Assembly: GCA_963729625.1 (NCBI GenBank)
Contig: CAVSOU010000011.1
Span: 352,001-416,000 of the forward strand
From: an uncultured bacterium
GTDB taxonomy: Bacteria; Chloroflexota; UBA5177; JANWHV01
Length of the DNA stretch: 64,000 bases
Reading direction: 5' to 3'
Shown here: piece after piece, positions 10,342 through 21,000 of the stretch
Layout: each line of letters opens with the position of its first letter
Numbering within the stretch: the first letter of the stretch is position 1
Translations under genes and position numbers: made by a program
Notes under the pieces: generated by a model
Told to the model about the DNA's origin: nothing
Databases searched by the model: none
What the model saw: only the letters and a program-made list of their open reading frames with translations

Positions 10342-11355
10342 TCAGGAGGCGATCAGTCTGCCGCGGCGCTCATCCCAGCGCCAGGGTGTGGTGTCTCCGA
10401 CCAGGTGGACACCTCCGAGCCAGCGATCGATGCCACGGTAGGAGATCCAGTCGGCACGAGCAGCCACTACCTGCCGACCCAAATCGGTCAGGGTAACCGA
10501 TTGGCGCAAGAATGCGTCATTGGGCTTGCCATTTGCGGGCAACGCGAACGCCTCACTGTTGCACGTCAGCAGTGGCGCCTTCCCACTCGAGAGTGACACG
10601 AGGATGCTCCACACGATCGCGTCGCCGTGGAACGGGGCAAGCTCGCGTTCTTGCGAGGCAATGAACACTTCAAACGGCGTGTGCATTCCGTCACGCACGA
10701 CCTCGATCAGCTGCTTCTCGGTGCGCGACACGCCGCTATGCAGCAGGGGAAAGTCCTCGAGATGGCGGATCAACGCCGGACGAAGGAACGGCAAGACTCC
10801 GCTATCGCCATGGACGTACGCCTCGAGCTGTTTGGGATCGGACGAGGTGTAAGCTGCCCAGGCGGTGCGAGCTGCCGCAAACTCGTCGGACTTCACTTTT
10901 CTGCGTCGGTCCAGCAGCGGCCGAAGCTGCGCCGGCGTGAGCTGACCCAGCCCCGTGAAGCGCGCGATTCCAGGGTACGACCCGATGCAGATGAGGTAGA
11001 TGGGAAGGTCAGTGCCTCCGTGCTCGGCGAACCAGTCAAGGATCTGGATGAGCTGGAGCTGGTCGCAAAGATCGTGCTCAAACCAGAGAATGATCTGCCC
11101 GTAGGTCGGGGCCTGCGACAGCGTCGAGTCACGGGCCTCGAGCTGGGCCAGAATCGCATCGCGATCCCCGATGCCGATCGCGGCGAGGTACTCGGCGCGT
11201 AGCTGTCGCAGCTCCTCCGCGGACGCAGCCCGCGGCACCGGGCCTGCGTGCAGTACATCGCGCCAGATAACGATCGGCCCCGGAATGCCGGCCTGCCGGA
11301 TTCGTTCCGCTGTACTGTCGCCGTTGGTCACGTGGATTGGCCGAACGCTGCTCAC
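10342..11355 (-). CDS. DUF1835-like protein
   Basis: IHVTNGDS, WRDVLHAGPV, LWFEHDLCDQLQL, DRWLGGVHL motifs; GTGA overlap with the upstream gene. Confidence 0.75.
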   Translation of the reverse strand: MSSVRPIHVTNGDSTAERIRQAGIPGPIVIWRDVLHAGPVPRAASAEELRQLRAEYLAAIGIGDRDAILAQLEARDSTLSQAPTYGQIILWFEHDLCDQLQLIQILDWFAEHGGTDLPIYLICIGSYPGIARFTGLGQLTPAQLRPLLDRRRKVKSDEFAAARTAWAAYTSSDPKQLEAYVHGDSGVLPFLRPALIRHLEDFPLLHSGVSRTEKQLIEVVRDGMHTPFEVFIASQERELAPFHGDAIVWSILVSLSSGKAPLLTCNSEAFALPANGKPNDAFLRQSVTLTDLGRQVVAARADWISYRGIDRWLGGVHLVGDTTPWRWDERRGRLIAS

Positions 11356-12767
11356 TCACCCTCCACTTCCGGAGGCACCTTCACGGGTTCTCCGGACAGC
11401 AGCGCCTCGTCCAACGCTGAGCCAACCAACTCCGGGCTCTCTTCCTCGGGCTGCCCGCTCGAATCCTCACTTTCTATGGTACCTGCCTCCTCGAAAGCGG
11501 GCTGGACAAACGTGCTGACGATGTCGCCGAGAATCTTGGCAATCAGTTCTGGTTGCTCGAGAAATGGCGCATGGCCGCAGTTCTCAAGAGGAGTGACCTG
11601 CGCCGAGGACAGCATGCGCGCCAGGCGTTCCGCGGTAGCGAAAGGAGCAATGCGATCCTGCAGGCCGTGCAAGATCGTCACCGGTGTCTTGACGTATTGA
11701 AGCGTGGGCTCCGGATCCTCCAATAGGAATACGTCGAACATCTTCACCTGAGCGTGGTGCGCTCCGTGCATCATGCGTGAGAGGATCCAGTCGCGGCGGC
11801 TCGCCTCCAAAGGTGCCGCGGTCAGCCGATCGACCAACTGCCCGAAGACCGCAGGCCGATTGCGGAGTAGCGTGGATTGCCACCCGCTAAGAATCGGACC
11901 GTCAAGCTCCAGCTGGTTCCCAACCCAGGTCTGAGCATCCTCCGCGGCAAGCCATGCCGGTATGAAGGGCGAGATGAGAACGACGCGGGACAACCGTTTA
12001 GGGTGATCCTGGGCGTAAGCGAGAGCGACCTCTGCGGCGGTAGACCAGGCGACCAGCGTGACATCGTGCAGGCTTTGCTCGACGATCAAGCGATGCAGAT
12101 CCTGGGCAAGTGTCTGCGTAGAGTAGAAATCCCATGGCCTATCTGAGTCGCCGGTTCCCCGCATGTCGAACGTGACGACACGGTTCCACACGGCCAGCTC
12201 GTAGGGCAGCGGCTCCCAGATCGAGCTGTCAAACGGCCAGCCCTGCATGAGCAGGATCGGCATACCGTAGCCAAGGTCAGCGTATGAGAGATTGAGGGCA
12301 TGCTCGATTTCCACGAGCCCGTTTGGAAGCGGACGGTTGTACGACGGCGTTTCCTCGTATTCGTCTTCACCGGACCACGCCCCCGGAAAGGCGATCGGCT
12401 CCGATCCCGCACCGGCCTCCGACGGATAGTCGGACAGGCTGTCCTGGCCCACGGTGCGCGGCTCGCTATCGTACGGTTCCTGCGTAGTCTCCGCAGCCGC
12501 CACGGGCACCGGTGGTTCGTGCGATACGTCCATCTTTCGCAGCACCTCACGGGTGACCGTCAGCACAACGGTGCCATTCTCAACATGGTCGACAGTGCCA
12601 AGGGGAAGATACATGTCCCTCACCCACAGCACGCCCCGGCTGACCAGTATGAAATGATCGTGCACCTCTGTAACATCGCCAACGCGTTTTCTGTCCGCGC
12701 TGAACACCGGCCAGCCCCGTCCGATCTGCATGTCGCTCATTACGTTCCCTATCATGGTGCGCGCCAA
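11352..12767 (-). CDS. Alpha/beta hydrolase with N-terminal PRC-barrel/DUF2171-like domain
   Basis: N-terminal VFSADRKRVGDV..V.....V.RG......YLP....V; acidic linker; hydrolase FDMRGTGDSD, AWSTAA, HGLQD, CGH. Confidence 0.75.
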   Translation of the reverse strand: MARTMIGNVMSDMQIGRGWPVFSADRKRVGDVTEVHDHFILVSRGVLWVRDMYLPLGTVDHVENGTVVLTVTREVLRKMDVSHEPPVPVAAAETTQEPYDSEPRTVGQDSLSDYPSEAGAGSEPIAFPGAWSGEDEYEETPSYNRPLPNGLVEIEHALNLSYADLGYGMPILLMQGWPFDSSIWEPLPYELAVWNRVVTFDMRGTGDSDRPWDFYSTQTLAQDLHRLIVEQSLHDVTLVAWSTAAEVALAYAQDHPKRLSRVVLISPFIPAWLAAEDAQTWVGNQLELDGPILSGWQSTLLRNRPAVFGQLVDRLTAAPLEASRRDWILSRMMHGAHHAQVKMFDVFLLEDPEPTLQYVKTPVTILHGLQDRIAPFATAERLARMLSSAQVTPLENCGHAPFLEQPELIAKILGDIVSTFVQPAFEEAGTIESEDSSGQPEEESPELVGSALDEALLSGEPVKVPPEVEGE

Positions 12768-12773
12768 GCACGC

Positions 12774-13724
12774 TTATTTGGAGTAATACAGGATAATCAA
12801 GCCGATAACGTTGTTCAACATGTGTGCCGTCATATTGGTCAAAGGGTTGCCCGTTCTGGAGTAACCATATGCCAAAACGGCGCCGATCACGATCAGTCCG
12901 ACAAACTCCCACGTCACTCCCCCCAAAAGATGGAGCGCACCGAATGTCACCGATGAACAGACCATCCCGCTGGCGAATCCATAGCGTACCGACATAGCGC
13001 GAAACACGTAACCGCGAAAGAAGGTCTCCTCCACGATCGGAGCGATGACGGCGGCCGCCAGAACAAACGGCATGAACGTCACCAGAGACGCGTGATGCAC
13101 CGACGTGAGCTCGGTCTCCTGGCCGCTCGTATTGAGGCCAGCGCCATGCACGATATACACGACCACATCGCCAAGGATCAGCGCTATCACACCCAACCCT
13201 ATGCCAGCGGCACACGCTCGAATCGGACGGTCTCGCAGTGCCGGGCCAAATCCCAGGTCGGCCCAGGACATGGTGCGCGGACCTACCACGCGCACATAGA
13301 GCACTAACAGGATCCCGGCCGCAGTGACGAACTCCCCAACTGCCAGTCCGGTAGGCGACGTCACCCAATCCTTTGCCGAGTTGTATACGGCCGTCGTGGC
13401 ATCGTTTGTGGCGAGACCCCTGGAGAAGTCGCGGTCGTGCACGGCGATGATTGCCACGCTCGCCGCGAGAAGCACCAGCGACAGGATCACTTCCACGACC
13501 AGCAGCAGAATCAGATCGACAAGCACCACTGGCCAGGTTCCCAGCATGCGCAGCCGTTGCACGTCTCGCGGATCATCCGCCCGTGCAAGGCGCGACTCGT
13601 ACGCTACCTTCCACTGCTCGACCACGCGGTCACCGGTATCGTGCTGCTGATGCGGCACCCCGATCATTCGCCAATGCCCGTCTCGAAAAGACGCCGCAAG
13701 AAGAGCGTTCGGTGGTGCGGGCAC
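12774..13724 (-). CDS. CPBP/CAAX (Abi) family intramembrane glutamic protease
   Basis: APIVEETFFRG, FGALH, AHMLNN motifs and multiple TM segments; start uncertain because it overlaps rnhB. Confidence 0.88.
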   Translation of the reverse strand: MPAPPNALLAASFRDGHWRMIGVPHQQHDTGDRVVEQWKVAYESRLARADDPRDVQRLRMLGTWPVVLVDLILLLVVEVILSLVLLAASVAIIAVHDRDFSRGLATNDATTAVYNSAKDWVTSPTGLAVGEFVTAAGILLVLYVRVVGPRTMSWADLGFGPALRDRPIRACAAGIGLGVIALILGDVVVYIVHGAGLNTSGQETELTSVHHASLVTFMPFVLAAAVIAPIVEETFFRGYVFRAMSVRYGFASGMVCSSVTFGALHLLGGVTWEFVGLIVIGAVLAYGYSRTGNPLTNMTAHMLNNVIGLIILYYSK

Positions 13725-14272
13725 GGTCCGAACGAGAGAATCGCGTCACGATGCTCAGTTGTAGCGTATCCGGCGTTGTGGCTCCACCCATAGCAAGGGT
13801 AATGGTCGTGAAGCGAAGCCATCAAATGGTCTCGGCAGACTTTTGCGATAATGGACGCAGCCGCGATAGCCGGTTCCCGGGCGTCGCCATCGCATATGCA
13901 TACGACGACACTGCCTGCGGGTGCCAACCCATGGAGACGGAGATTGCCGTCGACGAGGTACCGCCTTGCCCGAGAGCGGGACATAAGCCTGCCGAAGATC
14001 ATGCGATTCGCCCACCCTATCCCAAGCGCATTGATCGCTTGCACTCCAACCACTTCGACCGCGATCCGCACCGCGTGCTCGCCAATCCAGTCGGCGGCCA
14101 TTTCCCTCTGTTCGGGCAGCAGACTCTTTGAGTCCGTCAGTCGGATTCCGGCTGGCGGCACAAGTCCATCAGGCCATATGACCGCAGCCGCAACCAGCGG
14201 ACCGGCGAGAGCCCCACGCCCGACTTCATCCATTGCCGCGCACGACTGCCGTTCATCGTCTTCCATCTTCAC
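13664..14272 (-). CDS. rnhB: Ribonuclease HII
   Basis: DEVGRGALAGP, DSKSL, LVDGN, IAAASIIAKV.RD, GY.T..H motifs. Confidence 0.93.
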   Translation of the reverse strand: MKMEDDERQSCAAMDEVGRGALAGPLVAAAVIWPDGLVPPAGIRLTDSKSLLPEQREMAADWIGEHAVRIAVEVVGVQAINALGIGWANRMIFGRLMSRSRARRYLVDGNLRLHGLAPAGSVVVCICDGDAREPAIAAASIIAKVCRDHLMASLHDHYPCYGWSHNAGYATTEHRDAILSFGPCPHHRTLFLRRLFETGIGE

Positions 14273-14371
14273 CTGGTCACCCGCATAACTGCCGTGGGAA
14301 CACAGACCTTGGCCAAAGGCTTCTCCCGACGCCGCGCAGACATCCAGCGGGAGAGCTCACGCACTTGGAAA

Positions 14372-14971
14372 TCAACTGAAGGTGCACGCGATGGCCAGCG
14401 CACTCCGCAATCGCTCCAGGTATTGGGCTCCTGGAATGAGTGTAGCGCCGAGACTCGCCATGTGAGCGGTGACCATCTGCGTGTCGTGCAGGAGGTAGCC
14501 GCGCTCCCTCAGACGTTCGACCAGTGCCACCAAGCACACCTTTGAAGCGTTAGGCACGCCGGTGAACATGCTCTCACCCATGAATGCCCCACCAATGGAT
14601 ACGCCGTAGAGCCCGCCCACGAGCTCATCGCCCTGCCAAGCTTCCACGCTGTGGGCGAAGCCGTGCCTGTGTAAGACGGTGTAGGCCCTGACAAGTTCCT
14701 CGCTGATCCACGTGCCTTCCGAGTCTCCCCGGGGCGCCGCACAGGCTCGCATCACACACTCGAACGCGGTGTCAAATCGCACCGCGAAGATGCTCCGGCG
14801 GATGATCGCATGAAGAGTCCGGCTGACGCGCAGGTCACGGTGCTCGAGAATGCCGCGAGGATCGGCCGAGTACCAGCCGATTTGCCCCAACTCGTCGGCC
14901 ATGGGAAAGATGCCTTGCGCATACGCTTCGAGCAGGAAGGCTGGATCGAGTTGCTCAGGCAGGCCGGCCAT
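14372..14971 (-). CDS. aat: Leucyl/phenylalanyl-tRNA--protein transferase
   Basis: AYAQGIFPM, AHSVEAW, LVGGLYGV, FMGESMF, ASKV, D.Q..T.H..SLGA. Confidence 0.95.
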   Translation of the reverse strand: MAGLPEQLDPAFLLEAYAQGIFPMADELGQIGWYSADPRGILEHRDLRVSRTLHAIIRRSIFAVRFDTAFECVMRACAAPRGDSEGTWISEELVRAYTVLHRHGFAHSVEAWQGDELVGGLYGVSIGGAFMGESMFTGVPNASKVCLVALVERLRERGYLLHDTQMVTAHMASLGATLIPGAQYLERLRSALAIACTFS

Positions 14972-14973
14972 GG

Positions 14974-15957
14974 TTACGGCTTGTCACGCATGACGCCGAC
15001 TGGCGTGTTGAGCAGATCGGCATCGTGCGCCTGCTGCAGTGCCTCGATCGCCGTGGGCGCGCCGCCCTCCGTAGGTATTCTCTGATCTCTCAGCGTGCGG
15101 GTGAGATCGTAGCGCCAGTATCCGATGCCCATGTGCAGAGCGTTGACCTGGGCGCCGACGAGCAAGACGACCGAAAAGAACCAGAACCAGGTAATCGCAA
15201 TGATCGCCGTGGCCAGCGCGGCCGTGCCATACTGCTTGGTTCCCAGGAAATGGGCGGCGTAGACGGGAAACGCGATGTTCACGACAGTCATTGCCGCCGC
15301 CGCGATCAGAGCCCCGCGCCATGCGTAGCGCCAACGAATCGGCAGGTTGGGCACGATCATGTAAATGATCAGGAAGAGTACGAACAGGGCAGCGAAGCTC
15401 GTGCCCATGCCGACGATCTCCGCTAGCGGACCATTCATGTACGCGGGGAGTATTCTGCCCAGCGTCGTTGTCCCCGCACTCACCAGGAAGGTCGAGACAA
15501 ACGACACCGGCAGGAGAATGGCGAACACGACGATCATCAAGATCGACATTGCCTTCTGCGGAATGATGTCACGCGTCTTGACCCTGAAGATAATGGCGAA
15601 GGCGCTCTCGATGGAGCCGAACAGGTTGCTTCCTCCCCACAGAAGCCCGACCACGCTGATAACTGTCAGCAGGGCCGAACGATCGTTGACCTGGGCAATC
15701 AGGCGGCTCACGTCGATCTGCGACTGAATATCCGACGGCAGGATGAGATTAAGCTGCCTTGCCACGTCTTGCCGGCTTCCGGCCATGTTTGGAACGGCGG
15801 CGAGCAGCGTGATTACCGCGAGTGCGAGCGGAAAGAACGAAGTGAGCGCATTGTAGGCCACCATGGCGGCCAGGTTCAGCGTCCAGTCGTTGTTGAACTT
15901 GTTGAATGCACGCAGTGCCTGTCTCTTGCCTTCTCTTGCGTCACGTGCGATGCCCAT
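14974..15957 (-). CDS. YihY/virulence factor BrkB family membrane protein
   Basis: LAA.VAY..L.S.FP, IY..VPN, W..A..GA, VLLVGAQVN pattern; six TM segments; GGAGG SD before ATG 15957. Confidence 0.85.
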   Translation of the reverse strand: MGIARDAREGKRQALRAFNKFNNDWTLNLAAMVAYNALTSFFPLALAVITLLAAVPNMAGSRQDVARQLNLILPSDIQSQIDVSRLIAQVNDRSALLTVISVVGLLWGGSNLFGSIESAFAIIFRVKTRDIIPQKAMSILMIVVFAILLPVSFVSTFLVSAGTTTLGRILPAYMNGPLAEIVGMGTSFAALFVLFLIIYMIVPNLPIRWRYAWRGALIAAAAMTVVNIAFPVYAAHFLGTKQYGTAALATAIIAITWFWFFSVVLLVGAQVNALHMGIGYWRYDLTRTLRDQRIPTEGGAPTAIEALQQAHDADLLNTPVGVMRDKP

Positions 15958-16531
15958 GTGGCCTCCCCAAAAAAGGTTGAGCTCCGTGCCGCTGAGGCAC
16001 TGGGAAGCGCGGCTGTAGCCGAGTACGCGTGCGAATCCGCATAGCGCACGCACAAGGGCGGCGATCAGACGGCCTCAGTCACCGCATTAAGGCCCAACGC
16101 GAACGCCGGCGAACACCGATATACATCATACCGGCGGAGCCCCGCAGTTACCGCAAACTCGTGCTTCAAGACATGCGCGGACGTGGGGAGCCGACCCTGA
16201 GATAATCGAGATCCGAACGATTGGGCCAGAGACCGACAAACCAAGTATTGCAGCAATGCCGGTCGACTTATCGGCCGAATGGCCGACAGGAGCGTGCAAA
16301 CCGTACTGGTACGTCCCAGATGTGCCACCTATGCAGCTCCGTGGATGTCAGCCGCGTTGCGCGGGTGCCGGATGTGTGATGCTATCCTCAATCCAGGCGG
16401 CAACCTGCGGGGGGTGCGCTCCAAACGGGAAAGTACTCGACGCGGAGGCGTCGACTCTTGAAAGCTTCGGCGCCCCGACCGGCACGTCGAGTGCTTCGTG
16501 TCCGGGCCGCCGTGTGGGAAACCTGGGTGCA

Positions 16532-17767
16532 ATGCCGCGCTTTCGCTTGGCCGAATCCTACCGATTCTCGCGTAACGCCCACATCGTCCTTTGGTACACG
16601 CTCAGCAAAGGGTTGACACTGGCCATGTTCGGCCTGGTGTTCAATCTCTACCTGTACGCAATAGGTTTCGATAAGCAGTTCATCGGAATCGTCAATGCCA
16701 TGCCGGCGATCACGAGCCTCCTGTGCGCAGTGCCGGTTGGCCTGCTTGCCGATCGCATTGGTGCGCGCGCCCTATTGCTCATCACCGGCGTTCTGAACCC
16801 CCTGACGATGCTCGGCATGGCTCTGACTACGTCAGGAACATGGCTGATTCTGTTTGGGCTCGCGAACGGCGCCATCGCAACGCTGTACTGGGTGAGCAAC
16901 GTTCCATTCCTCGCCGGCAGCACGTCAGACGAGAACCGCGTCAGGCTCTTCTCGATTAATTCGTTCCTGCTTTGGGGAGCAGGCTCGCTCGGCTACGTGA
17001 TCGGCGGCCAGATTGTTTCACTGGCGGCGGCCGTGCTGCACGAGTCAGCGAGATCGGTCGAGCCGCTCCGCTGGGGGATGATGGCGGTGGTCGTCGTCAG
17101 CTTCATGGGAGCGGTGCCCCTGCCGTGGCTCCGAGCAACCAAGGGAAATGTGACGGCACATTCAAAGCGTCTGCCCTACGACCTTCGGCTCTACGCGCGG
17201 CTATTGGTACCCGACGTGCTGCTAACTTGTGGCGGCGGCGCGGTCGCGGGCTTCATAGGACTCTACCTTACCCTCCGGTTCGGCATGCGGCCGGCTGCCC
17301 TCGGCGGCTTCCTTACCGTCAGCGGGCTGGTCGGTGGAACGTTAGTGCTGCTGGCGCCGCGCTTCGCGGACCGGCTCGGCACGACCCGAGCTGCGGTTAT
17401 TCTGCAGGCCGCCGGAGTACCGGCCATCCTGTTGTTGACTCTCGCCCCGGTACAAATCGGCGCCATGGCCGGCGAGCTGCTCCGCAATGGGTTCCGGAGC
17501 ATGGGAGACCCGGTCTACAATGCCTTCATCATGTCCCAGGTCCCGGCAGAGCAGCGCGCCACAGTAAGCGGCCTGTACAGCGTCACCTGGAGTGTCGGCT
17601 TCAGCGTCGGTCCCGCCTTGAGCGGCATCATTCAGCAGCATGCGGGGTTCACGCCGGCGTTTCTCGCGGGCGCGGCGACGATGAGCGCCGGCGTCCTCCT
17701 GCTGCGAATGTTCTTTCTTGTGAAGTCTCGGCCTTTGCCGGCGACCGCCGTTCGGCTGGGGTTATGA
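16532..17767 (+). CDS. MFS transporter
   Basis: Motif A GLLADRIGAR and FADRLGTTR; about 12 hydrophobic segments; start set at MPRFRL. Confidence 0.87.
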   Translation: MPRFRLAESYRFSRNAHIVLWYTLSKGLTLAMFGLVFNLYLYAIGFDKQFIGIVNAMPAITSLLCAVPVGLLADRIGARALLLITGVLNPLTMLGMALTTSGTWLILFGLANGAIATLYWVSNVPFLAGSTSDENRVRLFSINSFLLWGAGSLGYVIGGQIVSLAAAVLHESARSVEPLRWGMMAVVVVSFMGAVPLPWLRATKGNVTAHSKRLPYDLRLYARLLVPDVLLTCGGGAVAGFIGLYLTLRFGMRPAALGGFLTVSGLVGGTLVLLAPRFADRLGTTRAAVILQAAGVPAILLLTLAPVQIGAMAGELLRNGFRSMGDPVYNAFIMSQVPAEQRATVSGLYSVTWSVGFSVGPALSGIIQQHAGFTPAFLAGAATMSAGVLLLRMFFLVKSRPLPATAVRLGL

Positions 17768-18078
17768 CCTCTGCCAGAAGCCCGATGCGAACTTAACCAG
17801 TACTCTGCCGGATCGGCAGATATGAGGTCAAGCGGAATCTGGGCAACGGTCAGGGTTAGCCGGCGCGTAGTGATGCATGAAACTGCATTCTCGTGCATGT
17901 CTACGCGACAACGCCTGCCGCGTGTACCAACCTGAATCCGCTCCAATGTAGCCCGGCAAGCATCCTCCACTTTGAGACTTGGGCCGATGTCATACATGGG
18001 TTCGCTTGCTACTGCGGCAATCCCAGCGATATCACGACACTCGCATGCCTGTCAGCGGAGTCGAGCCTTCAACGCCCG

Positions 18079-21000
18079 TCAGGGCACGTTCGGGCACGAC
18101 CTTTGGTACGGCAGGTCGCCGAGGTACTGCTTCCATTCCTGGGTCGTCAAGTTGCGATTGGCGATCGCGCAGGCACGACTCGCCGGGGACGTGGACCCGA
18201 TAGACCACAGCCGGACAGGCGCGTCGAGAACTCCCCCAGTGCCAGAGGCCAGCAGCCGGCCGTCTGGACTGAAGGCAAGGCTCGTGACCTTGTCTCCGTG
18301 CCCGGCAAGGGCCGGGCCGAGCGGCTGCCTGGTCGCCACGTCCCACAGCTGGATCGTGCCATCGGAGTTGCCGGAGGCCAGAGTTTGGCCGTCGGGACTG
18401 AAGGCCACGCTGTACAGCGGGATAGTGCCATCGGTGAGGGGCGCACCGAGGGCTCGCCGGTGACCCACGTCCCAGAGCCAGAGTGCGCAGTCGGCGGAGG
18501 CCAGAATCCGGCCATCCGGGCTGAACGCCAGGCTGTTCACAGCGCCGGTATATCCCATGAGCGGCGGACCAAGTGGCCGCCGGGTTGGCACCTGCCACAG
18601 GCGAATAGTCCCGTCCTCGCCGCCGGAGGCCAGCGTCTTCCCGTCGGGACTGAAGGCCTCGCTCAGCACGGCGCCTGCGTGCCCGGCGAGCGGTGGGCCG
18701 AGGGGCTTCCGGTGCGCTACATCCCACAGGCGCACCGTGCCGTCGCCGCTGCCCGTGGCAAGCACCGTGCCGTCAGGGCTGTACGCGGCGCTGCTGGCGC
18801 TTTGCACGGCGAGGGTTGGGCCGAGCGGCCTGCCGGAACGCGCACTCCACAGGGCGTAGGAGGCGCTCCCGGTGGCCGGACCGGCGCTGGTGGCGGCCAG
18901 GGTCTTGCCGTCGTGGCTGAAGGCCACACGCAGCACGGAACCTGCCTGCCCGGCGAGCGGTGGGCCGAGTGGCTGGCCGCTCGCCACGCGCCACAGGCGG
19001 ATGGTGGCGTCATCGCCGCCCGACGCCAGGGTCGTGCCGTCCGGGCTGAAAGCCACGCTATTGACCTGACTGGTGTGCCCGGCAAGCACCCGGCTGAACG
19101 CGCCCGCACCCAGAGAGTCCCAGAGGCGCACCGAGCCGTCACTGCCGGCGGACACGAGCGACTGGCCGTCGGGGCTGAAGGCAAGGCCGTTCACCGCACC
19201 CGCATGGCCGGTGAGGGACGGACTGCGCTGTTGCCATGTCGCCGCGTCCCACAGCCGAATGGTGCCGTCCTGGCCACCGGCGGCGAGGATCGTACCGTCG
19301 GGACTGAAAGCCAGGTCAGGCACGGACTCCGAGGCCGCCGAGATCACCTGGCGGGAGAACTGCCGGGTGGCCATATCCCACAGCAGAATCGCGCCGGCTT
19401 CGCTGCCGGCGGCGAGCGTGCGGCCATTCGGGCTGAAGGCCAGACTTAACGCCGCGAAGCTGGGCCCGCCGCGCAGCGGCGGGAGGAGCACATGGTGCGC
19501 CAGGTTCCAGAGCGCGATCGTACCGCCTTCGCCGCAGGCGGCCAGGATCGTGCCGTCGGGGCTGAAGGCCACGTCATACACGTACCAGATACCCGACTGC
19601 GGAAGGGGGCCGAGCGGCCTGCGGCCCGCGACGTCCCAGAGTTGGATCGAGCCGGCGCTGTCGCCGGCGGCGAGGAACGTGCCGTCGGGGCTGAAGGCCA
19701 CGCTGGTTACGGCAACGCCCTGGTGCATCAGCGATGGCGCGAGGAGTCGGCGCTTGGCCACATCCCACAGCCGCACCGTGCCGTCGTTGCTCCCCGAGGC
19801 GAGGAGCCTGCCGTCGGGGCTGAAGGCCAGGCCGTTCACCGCCCCGGTATGGCCGGCGAGGGGCGGGCCGCTGGGCTGGCGGCTCGACGCATTCCACAGC
19901 CGAATCGTGCCGTCGGCGCTCCCTGCCGCCAGCAGTGTGCCTTTTGGGCTGAACGCCACGCTGCGCACCGGGCTGCCCTGAGCGGCGAGAAACGATAGCA
20001 GCCTGGGGTTGTAGTCGATGGCACGGAGCAAGTCGGCATGAGCCTCCGCCGAGCCGCTCAGCCGATCGGCTTCCAGGCTCAACAGCAGCGTGACCTGCAG
20101 GTCGCTGCCAAGCATCGTGCCGGCCCGCAGACCCAACTCGCGCGCCAGCTCGGCAACCGCCGCATCGCGGGCGGCCACTTCGCGTGTCCGTTCACTCGAG
20201 GCGACCGAAGCGTTGTAGCGTGCGAGCAAGGCCAGGCCGGCTGCGACTGCCAGGAGGAGGGCCAGCACCGCCGCCAGCAGACGCAGGCGCGTGGCGGCCA
20301 CGCGCGCCAGCGCCAGCCCGCGCGCCTGCCGATCCCGCTCCACGGCCGCCTGCTCAACCTCGGCGCGCTCGGCCGCGTGCAGAAAGGCCTGCTCCTCGGC
20401 GCTCGGCGTGTTCCGCGCCGACCAGTCCCGCGCCTCCGCCAGCACGGTGCCCCGATACAACTTGTCCGCTGGCCTGTCCCGCCGCGCCCAGGCCGCGGCA
20501 TCCGCGCTGATTGTCTGCTGCAGCCGCACGTCCTCGCGCGCTTCATGTAACCACTCGGCCAGGCGCCCCCACTCGCAGATGAGCGCCTCGTGACTGACCT
20601 CAAGCCGGCCCACCCCGCCCTGCTCGCTCGCCGTCAGCAGCCGTGCCGCCACGAAGGTGTCGGCGACCTCCCGCATCACGGCGGTCTCGTGCTCCCCGGG
20701 CAGAGCCAGCTCGCTCTTGGCTGCTCGCCGGCGGGTCGTGTCCTGCTCGGTGGCGCCCGGGTCGATCAGCCGCAGGAACAGGGCCCGCGCCAGGTGCCGG
20801 TGCTCGTCCGATGGCAACAGGGCGTAGGTTGCTTCGGCCTGCCGGCTCAGGGCGCCACGCACCCCACCCAACTCACGGTAGGCAGCCACGGTCAGGGCCG
20901 TTCCCTGCCGGCAGGCGACGAGCTGCTCGAGCGTGAACTGCAGCAGCGGCAGCGCTCCTGCCCGCCCTGCCACCTCGTAGAGCAGGTCGCCTACCAGACC

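Noticed and set aside
17893-19981. Long repetitive plus-strand ORFs and periodic DNA repeats resembling an array
   Set aside because: Antisense reading of the WD40 repeats; not a CRISPR array (degenerate, in-frame, ~130-bp period)
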